From Candidatus Amesbacteria bacterium GW2011_GWC2_45_19 (lineage in GTDB: Bacteria > Patescibacteriota > Microgenomatia > CAZETR01 > Amesbacteraceae), in NCBI GenBank assembly GCA_001001555.1, contig LCKS01000002.1, forward strand, positions 7,074-71,073: 64,000 nt of DNA, given 5' to 3'. Position numbers and translations under genes: made by a program. Positions within the stretch are counted from its first letter, which is position 1. Every line of letters begins with the position of its first letter. Under the pieces are notes generated by a model that was not told the DNA's origin, did not search any database, and saw only the letters and a list, made by a program, of their open reading frames with translations. Shown here one piece after another: positions 57,040-64,000 of the stretch.

Positions 57040-58542
57040 TCAATGGGTATTCATTTGAAAACGGCCCGAACCGGTCAGGAGGCGCAGTGGGGAAGGATTG
57101 ATGGCTTGCAGTTGGGATACACTCTTGGCTCCTCTAAATACCATGGCCAGAATCGCGTCTTCGGTCAGCATATGCAAATTGTATGTCAGGGTCGGTAAAA
57201 CGTTTTTTACATAGCTCATTTCAGCCTTGGTTGTTTCTCCTTCCACAAACGAAGGAATAGTGAATGGCAGCAATTTGCCGTCTAAAAATTTGGTTCTGGC
57301 CGACGCCTCTCCCCCGTAAGGCTTAAACAATCTGCCTTTCTCGTCAGAACAAAACAGCATTCCCCCCGGGGATTCGATGGTTCCTCCCGCCACCACCCGG
57401 GAAACGCTGATCCCGGAAGCTCCCAGCAGTAAACTGGTGGCTACATGGTCTGATGCGCCTCCCTCGACAATAATGGGAATTAGCAGCTCGCCCCGCAGTC
57501 CCCATACCAGTTCCGGCCAATCAATGACCGATCCGCTTCTTACTCCCGTGACGCATCTGCCTCCGCCGCCGACGCCCACAAATAATCCGTCGGCCCCCGC
57601 TTCCTGCACCCGCTTGGCCTGGTCGACGTCTACCACTTGGCCTGAAAACATTTCCACCTTTTGTCCAAATTCCTTTCTCAGAGCCATAGTTGTCCGTTCC
57701 AAATTCAGCCCCGGTTCCGGAGAATACACCCTAAATGATCTTACTCCGGCTTTATACAGCGAATTGGCTCTTTCCAAAGCTGTGATAGGATTAGTTTCCA
57801 GAGTTCCCACCACATTGTTTTTCCACCACCCGGAAACCCCTCTTCTGTCAGCCCGTTTGGCCAGTATCAGCTCTTCCAGCTCGTCCAATCTCTCGAATAC
57901 TTCTCTGGCCAAATCGGCTTGCCGGACAATTTTCGACAGCACGCCATTTCTGGGAATTCCAGCCAAACTGTGGCTGGCAGCCATGGTGGCTACCGCCAGC
58001 GAACTGTTCCATACATCAGGAGAGGCAGATCCTACAAATAGGTTTCTACCCTGGCGGCCCAGTTTGACAAAAGGGCCTTGGGCATATCTTTCTGTCCGGC
58101 TGATTCTGTCCCGGTCCGAACCCGTAACGCTGGCTCCCAAGTCTCCAATCGACAGGCTCATTCCCGTTTTGGCCACGTAGTCAAAAGCCCCGCATTCAAT
58201 TTTTGCCGGGGGTAGAAACTTGCTCCCTGTTACGGATTTTAAGTAGCCCATTCTGTGAGGATGATTGAACAGTTCCAAGAAAAACAGCCGCATCCTCAAA
58301 GTTTCGATCATTTTTTCCTGGGGCAGCATCTGCAGCGAAGCCACCGGCAAAGCGTCAAAAGGAGTCAACAACAACCCTTGGCTAGGATACACATCATCAT
58401 GGTTTTTACTCACTTTCAACCATGGCTCTAAATATCGGCTAATGTTTTTTTCATAAGGGAGCAGTTTGTCTAAGACTTTCTTTTCTCCAAAATCTTTTTC
58501 CCGGAATTTATTAAAATCGTTTCTTAACTGAGCGTTTGACAC
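57040..58542 (-). CDS. Divergent IMP dehydrogenase/GMP reductase family protein
   Basis: GQVV..QAKRVQEAGADGLFVGVGGGGRCVT, IPIIVEGG, TIESPG, KPYGGEAS, VEG. Confidence 0.75.
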   Translation of the reverse strand: MSNAQLRNDFNKFREKDFGEKKVLDKLLPYEKNISRYLEPWLKVSKNHDDVYPSQGLLLTPFDALPVASLQMLPQEKMIETLRMRLFFLELFNHPHRMGYLKSVTGSKFLPPAKIECGAFDYVAKTGMSLSIGDLGASVTGSDRDRISRTERYAQGPFVKLGRQGRNLFVGSASPDVWNSSLAVATMAASHSLAGIPRNGVLSKIVRQADLAREVFERLDELEELILAKRADRRGVSGWWKNNVVGTLETNPITALERANSLYKAGVRSFRVYSPEPGLNLERTTMALRKEFGQKVEMFSGQVVDVDQAKRVQEAGADGLFVGVGGGGRCVTGVRSGSVIDWPELVWGLRGELLIPIIVEGGASDHVATSLLLGASGISVSRVVAGGTIESPGGMLFCSDEKGRLFKPYGGEASARTKFLDGKLLPFTIPSFVEGETTKAEMSYVKNVLPTLTYNLHMLTEDAILAMVFRGAKSVSQLQAINPSPLRLLTGSGRFQMNTH

Positions 58543-58570
58543 AGTTGCAAGTATACCGCAAAATCCATTT

Positions 58571-59134
58571 ATGCAAATTAAAACTATTTATTTTGCCACC
58601 GCCAACGAAGGAAAACTCAAAGAAGCTTCGGCGATTTTAGGTATAGAAGTCTTAGGATGCGGGTTGGATATTGCCGAAATTCAATCCTTAGACCCCATCA
58701 AAGTCGCAGTTCAAAAAGCCAAAGATTACTATCTCAAATTACAAAAACCCATTTTGGTAGAAGATGTGTCTTTAGCGTTTGCAGCCTTAAATGGTTTACC
58801 TGGACCATATATTAATGATTTTTCCAAAGCTCTGGGAAACACCGGCTTATTAGAATTATTAGTGTCCAAATCAGTTAGGTCAGCTACTGCCCAGACCACC
58901 CTAGTCTTCATAGATGCCTCACAACAGGAACACGTTTTTATGGGTAAGATAAAAGGGACGATTGCTCCAGCCCCCACCGGAGACAATGGTTTTGGCTGGG
59001 ACCCTATTTTCATTCCTCAAGGGCATACCAAAACTTTTGCTCAAATGACTGACGCCGAGAAAAATACCTGTTCCATGCGGGCTCTGGCTTTCCAAGAATT
59101 CAAAACCTGGATCAATCTTAGCAACTTCTGGTAA
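58571..59134 (+). CDS. rdgB: Non-canonical purine NTP pyrophosphatase (RdgB/HAM1)
   Basis: ATANEGKLKE, VEDVSL..ALNGLPGPY, GFGWDPIFIP, TFAQM..EKN..SMR. Confidence 0.92.
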   Translation: MQIKTIYFATANEGKLKEASAILGIEVLGCGLDIAEIQSLDPIKVAVQKAKDYYLKLQKPILVEDVSLAFAALNGLPGPYINDFSKALGNTGLLELLVSKSVRSATAQTTLVFIDASQQEHVFMGKIKGTIAPAPTGDNGFGWDPIFIPQGHTKTFAQMTDAEKNTCSMRALAFQEFKTWINLSNFW

Positions 59135-59147
59135 AATGACCTCGTCT

Positions 59148-59225
59148 GGGCTCGTGGTGTAGCTTGGTTAACACGTGTCCCTGTCAAGGACAAGATCGCC
59201 GGTTCGAATCCGGTCGGGCCCGCCA
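59148..59225 (+). tRNA. tRNA-Asp(GTC)
   Basis: GGGCTCG/CGGGCCC acceptor, TGTCC-CTGTCAA-GGACA anticodon arm, GGTTCGAATCC, terminal GCCA. Confidence 0.96.
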
Positions 59226-59232
59226 GACATAA

Positions 59233-59291
59233 TTAGAGCGGTCCGATGTGACATCGGACAGGTCGGGGGTTCGAGTCCCCTCGGTCCCGCA
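59233..59291 (+). pseudogene. Partial tRNA-like sequence with a palindrome in place of the anticodon arm
   Basis: TTAGAGCG, GTCCGATG-TGA-CATCGGAC, AGGTC, GGGGGTTCGAGTCCCCT, CGGTCCCGCA. No 5' acceptor strand. Confidence 0.7.
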
Positions 59292-59415
59292 AATGTGGTA
59301 TAATGCATTCACAGGTTTGAACCGACAAATCTGTTTAAATCTGATTTGTATTTAAAGCAGGCAAGATAGTTTTTTCTTCTGATTTTGATACACGCTCTTA
59401 TTTAGGCAGTTTTGT

Positions 59416-60546
59416 ATGTTCAAAACACGACATAGGATCAAATCTTTTGACCCTTCGCTTCTGGTGAGAAACTCTCCGGCTCAACTTGCCCAAACTCCGG
59501 AAGCATATTTACCCAAACACACTTTTTCAGACTTCGGTTTTCCTCCCCAGCTAGTAAACAACATTGCCGGGCGCAACTACTCCACCCTCACTCCTATTCA
59601 GGATCAGGTAATCCCCCTGCTGTTGGAAGGCAAAGACGTAGTTGGTCTAGCCAACACCGGAACCGGCAAAACTGCTTCTTTCTTGCTTCCTTTTATCAAG
59701 AAAGTAGACGCCGACAGATCCCAAAAAGTGCTGATTATGGCCCCCACCCGGGAACTGGCTGTGCAAATAGAGGAGGAACTTAAAAATTTCTCCCGCCAAA
59801 TGAAAATATTTAGCGCTTTATGTATTGGTGGAGTGAGTATGCAAGGGCAAATCCGCAGCCTCTACCCTAATCCCAATTTTGTAATTGGTACCCCCGGCCG
59901 TTTAAAAGACTTGAGCTTGCGTCACAAAATTGTCTTTTCCTCTTTCAACACTGTGGTCTTAGACGAAGTAGACCGCATGCTGGATATGGGATTTATTCAC
60001 AATATGACCGATATCCTTTCGGCTTTGCCCAAACTGCGCCAATCAGCATTTTTCTCCGCCACCATGACCCCGCAAGTGCAAAAAGTCATGAACACTTTCC
60101 TAAAAAACCCCATCACTATATCTATAAAAACCCACACGGTAATCAGCAACATAGCCCAAGATGTAATCAAAACCAACGGTAAACCCAAAATTGACGTCTT
60201 GCACAATCTGCTGATTCAAGACGGTTTTGACAAGGTTCTGGTTTTTGGCAGAACCAAGTGGGGGCTGGAAAGATTAGCCACCGATTTAGCCAGAAGGGGA
60301 TTTGCCGTAGTCGCTATCCATGGAAACAAAAGCCAGGGCCAGCGTCAGCGCTCTTTGGCTGAATTTAAAAATAATAGGGTCAAGGTCCTTCTGGCTACCG
60401 ACGTGGCTTCCCGGGGATTAGATATCGACGACGTTACCCACGTCATCAACTTTGATCTGCCCGAATCTTACGAAGACTATATCCACCGCATCGGCAGAAC
60501 CGGCCGGGCCAGCAAAACCGGCATCGCCCTCACCCTCGTTCCCTAA
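59416..60546 (+). CDS. DEAD-box RNA helicase
   Basis: TPIQ, ANTGTGKT, PTRELA, GTPGR, DEVD, SAT, RGLD, HRIGRTGR. Confidence 0.96.
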   Translation: MFKTRHRIKSFDPSLLVRNSPAQLAQTPEAYLPKHTFSDFGFPPQLVNNIAGRNYSTLTPIQDQVIPLLLEGKDVVGLANTGTGKTASFLLPFIKKVDADRSQKVLIMAPTRELAVQIEEELKNFSRQMKIFSALCIGGVSMQGQIRSLYPNPNFVIGTPGRLKDLSLRHKIVFSSFNTVVLDEVDRMLDMGFIHNMTDILSALPKLRQSAFFSATMTPQVQKVMNTFLKNPITISIKTHTVISNIAQDVIKTNGKPKIDVLHNLLIQDGFDKVLVFGRTKWGLERLATDLARRGFAVVAIHGNKSQGQRQRSLAEFKNNRVKVLLATDVASRGLDIDDVTHVINFDLPESYEDYIHRIGRTGRASKTGIALTLVP

Positions 60547-60554
60547 TATGTCAA

Positions 60555-60583
60555 ACTAGGTCAAAAAGGCCACGCCTTTCAAA
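60555..60583. repeat. REP copy matching the RAYT terminal repeats
   Basis: ACTAGGTCAAAAAGGCCACGCCTTTCAAA, intergenic. Confidence 0.88.
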
Positions 60584-60630
60584 ATGTTGAAACTTGGTAT
60601 ACTGGACATGTGATGGACACCAGCCGCCAC

Positions 60631-62388
60631 ATGACCAATTTGCAGGTTGCCAAGCTGCTGCGAGCCGTTGCTGCCGCAATAGAATTGTCGAGCGGAGACA
60701 ACAGATTCAGAATCGTGGCGTATCAGCGGGCAGCAGATGCCATCGAACATTCCAGCAGCGAAGTTAAAGACCTGTGGGACGACGGCAATCTTAAGGAGTT
60801 GGCGGGCGTGGGTGAAGCCATCGCCGGACATCTGGATGAATTGTTCAAGACGGGCAAAGTTAAACATTTCGAAGCTATTCTCAAACCATTTCCTCCAGCT
60901 TTGTTTGAGCTAATGGAGGTACCAGGAATAGGTCCCAAGACCGCCCTTAAGTTCAGTAAAGAACTCGGTATCACCCGCGCCCACTCCGCCATACCAGAAC
61001 TCCTCAAAGCCGCTAAAAAAGGCCGTATCGATGAACGGTTTATAAAGGCCATCGAGGAATATCAGGGCCGCTCCAGACGCTTGCTTCTGGATGTAGCCCA
61101 AACTATTGCCGATTCAATTGTAGGCTGGATGCGCAAAAATCCTCACGTGCGGGAGGCAAACACCCTGGGCAGTCTGCGCCGCCAGGCATCTACCGTAGGA
61201 GATATCGATATCGCCGTCGCTTCTGATCATGCCAAAGAAGTTATCGAACATTTCACTAAATATCCCCATAAATCCCGCGTTCTTGAAGCAGGTGTTCATA
61301 CTGCCTCCCTCATCCTCCCGAACGAATACCAAGTCGACCTCATGGTCCAGCCTCCGGCCGCCTATGGGGCTCTCCTGCAGCACTTCACCGGTTCCAAACA
61401 CCACAACATCAAACTTCGTGAATACGCCCTCAAAAAAGGCTACTCGCTCTCTGAATACGGTATCACCCCCCGTCCCAGTACCTCACTCTCTAATCCCTCT
61501 CCTATAATAGGAGAGGGACGAAAGGGAGAGGTATTATCATTTCCTACGGAAGAAAAATTCTACAACTTTCTCGGTTTAGACTGGATTCCCCCCGAACTGC
61601 GCGAAGGAGAAAATGAAATCGAATTAGCCAAATTACACCAACTACCCAAATTGGTTGAGCTTTCTGACATCAGGGGTGATTTACAAATGCACAGCGACTT
61701 TAACATTGAGCCGTCTCATGATTTAGGGTTAAGTAGTGTGGATGAGTTGTGTGATAAGGCTAGGGAGTTGGGATATGAGTATATAGGAATCACCGACCAC
61801 AACCCGGCTGTTTCCGGTCATACCCAGGCTCAAATTCTGGATTTAATCAAAAAGAGGACAGAAGTTATTCAATTTCAAAAACGAGCAATTCATGTATTCA
61901 ATAGCCTGGAAATTGATATTCAACCCATCGGCAAGCGGGCCCTACCTGACGCAGCGCTAGAACTACTTGATTATGCTTGCATAGCTATCCATAGCAGCTT
62001 TCGTCTGTCTCGAAAAGCTATGACCGACCGGGTTTTATCCGCCCTGGACCACCCCAAAGTAAAATTTTTCGCCCATCCTACAGCCAGGCTTCTGGGTCAG
62101 CGCGAAGGGGTGGAATTAGATTGGGACCGGATTTTCGACTTCTGCGTCCGGAATCATAAATGGCTGGAGATTGACGGTTGGCCAAATAGATTGGACCTGC
62201 CGGATGTAGTGGCCAAAGACGCCATTAAATACGGAGTTAAATTAGTGGTCGATACCGACTCTCACGCCGCCGGGCAATTAGTTTATATGCGCTACGGCGT
62301 TTCCGTTGCCCGCCGCGCCGGAGCCGCTAAATATGATATTATTAACACAGGTTCTCTGAAGGAGGTGATTTCATGTCTTACCAAATAA
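60631..62388 (+). CDS. polX: DNA polymerase X family with PHP domain
   Basis: FRIVAYQRAA, GIGPKTA, GSLRR, GDIDI, LQHFTGSKHHN, IPPELRE, DLQMHS, TDH, HP, DSH. Confidence 0.93.
   Translation: MTNLQVAKLLRAVAAAIELSSGDNRFRIVAYQRAADAIEHSSSEVKDLWDDGNLKELAGVGEAIAGHLDELFKTGKVKHFEAILKPFPPALFELMEVPGIGPKTALKFSKELGITRAHSAIPELLKAAKKGRIDERFIKAIEEYQGRSRRLLLDVAQTIADSIVGWMRKNPHVREANTLGSLRRQASTVGDIDIAVASDHAKEVIEHFTKYPHKSRVLEAGVHTASLILPNEYQVDLMVQPPAAYGALLQHFTGSKHHNIKLREYALKKGYSLSEYGITPRPSTSLSNPSPIIGEGRKGEVLSFPTEEKFYNFLGLDWIPPELREGENEIELAKLHQLPKLVELSDIRGDLQMHSDFNIEPSHDLGLSSVDELCDKARELGYEYIGITDHNPAVSGHTQAQILDLIKKRTEVIQFQKRAIHVFNSLEIDIQPIGKRALPDAALELLDYACIAIHSSFRLSRKAMTDRVLSALDHPKVKFFAHPTARLLGQREGVELDWDRIFDFCVRNHKWLEIDGWPNRLDLPDVVAKDAIKYGVKLVVDTDSHAAGQLVYMRYGVSVARRAGAAKYDIINTGSLKEVISCLTK
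61479..61533. repeat. In-frame palindromic element (CCCTCTCCT family) inside polX
   Basis: TACCTCACTCT-ctaa-TCCCTCTCCTAT-A-ATAGGAGAGGGA-cgaa-AGGGAGAGGTA, translated as TSLSNPSPIIGEGRKGEV. Confidence 0.85.
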
Positions 62389-62906
62389 TTTTTTTTGCTA
62401 TTGCCGCAGGTTTAGTTTTATACGTTGTGGGAGTTTATAACGGTCTGGTTTCTCTGCGGACCCGCATCAAAGCTGCAGTTCAGGAAATCGGCAACCAGCT
62501 CAAGCGCCAGTTTGAGTTGATTCCCAATCTGGAAGCCTCGGTCAAAGGATATCTGGCTCACGAAAAAAGTATCTTAGAAATGCTGGCCGACGCCAGAAAA
62601 ATGGTAGCCAAAGGCCAGGACGCCTCAGCCAAAGTCGCCGAACTGCTGCCCAAATTACAGATAGTCGTGGAAAGCAATCCCCAGCTCAAGGGGTCTGACG
62701 TGGTAGGTAAATTAATGGAGGAACTGCGCGATACATCGGACAAAATTATGTATTCCCGCCGCACCATGATCGACTTGTCTGCCGACTATAATATCCGGCT
62801 GGTCACTTTCCCCAGTTCCGTTATCGCCAACGCTTTTGGCTTTAAACCTGAAAAAGGCTTGGAAGTGCCCGAAAGTGAACTGCAAACACCACAGGTGTCC
62901 ATATGA
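62373..62906 (+). CDS. lemA: LemA family protein
   Basis: YNGLV, QLKRQFELIPNL...VKGYLAHEK, ESNPQLK, YN...FPS. Confidence 0.9.
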   Translation: MSYQIIFFAIAAGLVLYVVGVYNGLVSLRTRIKAAVQEIGNQLKRQFELIPNLEASVKGYLAHEKSILEMLADARKMVAKGQDASAKVAELLPKLQIVVESNPQLKGSDVVGKLMEELRDTSDKIMYSRRTMIDLSADYNIRLVTFPSSVIANAFGFKPEKGLEVPESELQTPQVSI

Positions 62907-63829
62907 TTAACGTTTACGAAGCAGTTGATGCCAACAAGCGTAAAAGTTGGCTGGTGATCGCCGGTTTTGTGGCTTTTGTCTTTGTGGCCGCCGTCTTCAT
63001 TTCCAAAGGCTTGGCTGCTTATTACGGTTACCAATCTACCGGTTTGGAATTGACCGGTATCGCATTGGTCATTTCCGGAGTCATGAGTCTGGCCGGCTAT
63101 TATTGGAGTGACTCGATTATTTTAGGCCTGTCTGGCGCTCGATTGGCAGACAAGCGCCGTGATTTTATGTTTTACACCGTGGCCGAAAATTTATGTTTGG
63201 CTGCCGGTTTGCCTCTACCCAAGCTGTACGTCATCGACGATACGGCCATGAACGCCTTTGCCACCGGCCGCGATCCCGCTCACGCCGCCATCTGTGCCAC
63301 CACCGGCCTGCTGGCCAAACTTAACCGCACCGAGCTGGAAGGGGTTATCGGCCATGAACTTTCTCACATTGGCAATTACGATACCCGCCTCATGGCCATC
63401 GTCACTATTTTGGTGGGGCTAATCACCCTGTTGGGAGATTGGCTGCTGCGGGCTAGCTGGTTTGGAGGCCGCAGCCGTAACAGCGAAGACAGGGGATCGG
63501 GAGCTATTTTTCTGATTTTAGGTCTTGTTTTGGCCCTGCTTTCGCCCGTCATCGCCCAAGTAATTCAATTGGCCATCTCCCGCCGGCGGGAATTTCTAGC
63601 CGACGCGTCGTCAGTCAAATTAACCCGTCAGCCATCGGGACTAATTTCGGCTCTCAAGAAATTAGGAGCAGACAAAGAGCCTTTAGAAGCGGCCAACAAA
63701 GCCACCGCCCATTTGTATATTACAAATCCGTTAAAAAATAGGCATGACGCCCGCGGCTGGTTTGCAAATATGTTTAATACTCATCCTCCTCTCTCCGACC
63801 GCATCAAAGTCCTTGAACAAATGTCTTAA
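62903..63829 (+). CDS. htpX: Zinc metalloprotease HtpX (M48)
   Basis: NAFATGRDP, HELSH, SRRREFLAD, THPPLSDRI. Confidence 0.95.
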   Translation: MINVYEAVDANKRKSWLVIAGFVAFVFVAAVFISKGLAAYYGYQSTGLELTGIALVISGVMSLAGYYWSDSIILGLSGARLADKRRDFMFYTVAENLCLAAGLPLPKLYVIDDTAMNAFATGRDPAHAAICATTGLLAKLNRTELEGVIGHELSHIGNYDTRLMAIVTILVGLITLLGDWLLRASWFGGRSRNSEDRGSGAIFLILGLVLALLSPVIAQVIQLAISRRREFLADASSVKLTRQPSGLISALKKLGADKEPLEAANKATAHLYITNPLKNRHDARGWFANMFNTHPPLSDRIKVLEQMS

Positions 63830-63869
63830 CTCTTGACACGCCACCCACGATATATTATTCTGTACAAAT

Positions 63870-64000
63870 ATGTACAGGATAACAGAACTTACCAGGAGTG
63901 GAAGAGAACTGTTCCATACCGGAGATCTGGCTGTAATTTGGGGCGTTGAGAATAAAAATACCCTGTATACGGCCATTAAGAGGCTGGTGAGCAAAGGGGA
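63870..64000 (+). CDS. Partial wHTH protein, probably an AbiEi-like antitoxin N-terminus
   Basis: MYRITELTRSGRELFHTGDLAVIWGVENKNTLYTAIKRLVSKG runs off the edge. TTGACA(63833)-17bp-TATTCT promoter and a TGTACA-N4-TGTACA palindrome over the start. Confidence 0.6.
   Translation, partial: MYRITELTRSGRELFHTGDLAVIWGVENKNTLYTAIKRLVSKG

Noticed and set aside
57377-58180. Long antisense ORF (267 aa); similarly 24484-25047, 22626-23111 and 11415-11999
   Set aside because: These are shadows of well-supported genes on the opposite strand and have no recognisable motifs.
59312-59360. Possible riboswitch or thermosensor upstream of the DEAD-box helicase
   Set aside because: Only weak alternative AT-rich stems with no recognisable aptamer consensus; cannot be supported by eye.

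Overview
Bacterial chromosomal window whose gene content and style (DUF4012, alpha2-type GlyRS after recO, reduced dcw cluster, PolX-PHP/LemA/HtpX, compact overlapping genes) suggest a Patescibacteria/CPR organism, probably Microgenomates (inference). It holds two large surface-polysaccharide clusters (about 0.1-12.7 kb and 34.2-44.1 kb), housekeeping genes (recO, glyQS, mraZ-rsmH-ftsL-ftsI-mraY-ftsW-murG-ftsA-ftsZ, ileS, rodA, rplU, rpmA, parB, lepB), four tRNAs (Val-GAC, Thr-CGT, Gly-CCC, Asp-GTC) and an AT-rich accessory, defence-like island (about 47.6-56.0 kb). The most unusual layer is a set of minimal 'one small gene plus its own palindrome' modules. A PaaX/Cas2-fold gene is bracketed by two 38-bp palindromic direct repeats, with a solo relative upstream of murG. 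A REP-associated tyrosine transposase is bracketed by 29-bp inverted repeats and has dispersed copies. GIY-YIG genes sit at tRNA loci with duplicated tRNA halves whose anticodon arm is replaced by a palindrome. A hicBA cassette has replaced the 3' end of ftsW. Palindromes and 7-nt-period tracts also occur in frame inside many proteins. No CRISPR array or rRNA was seen. All family assignments come from motif recognition by eye, not from database searches.
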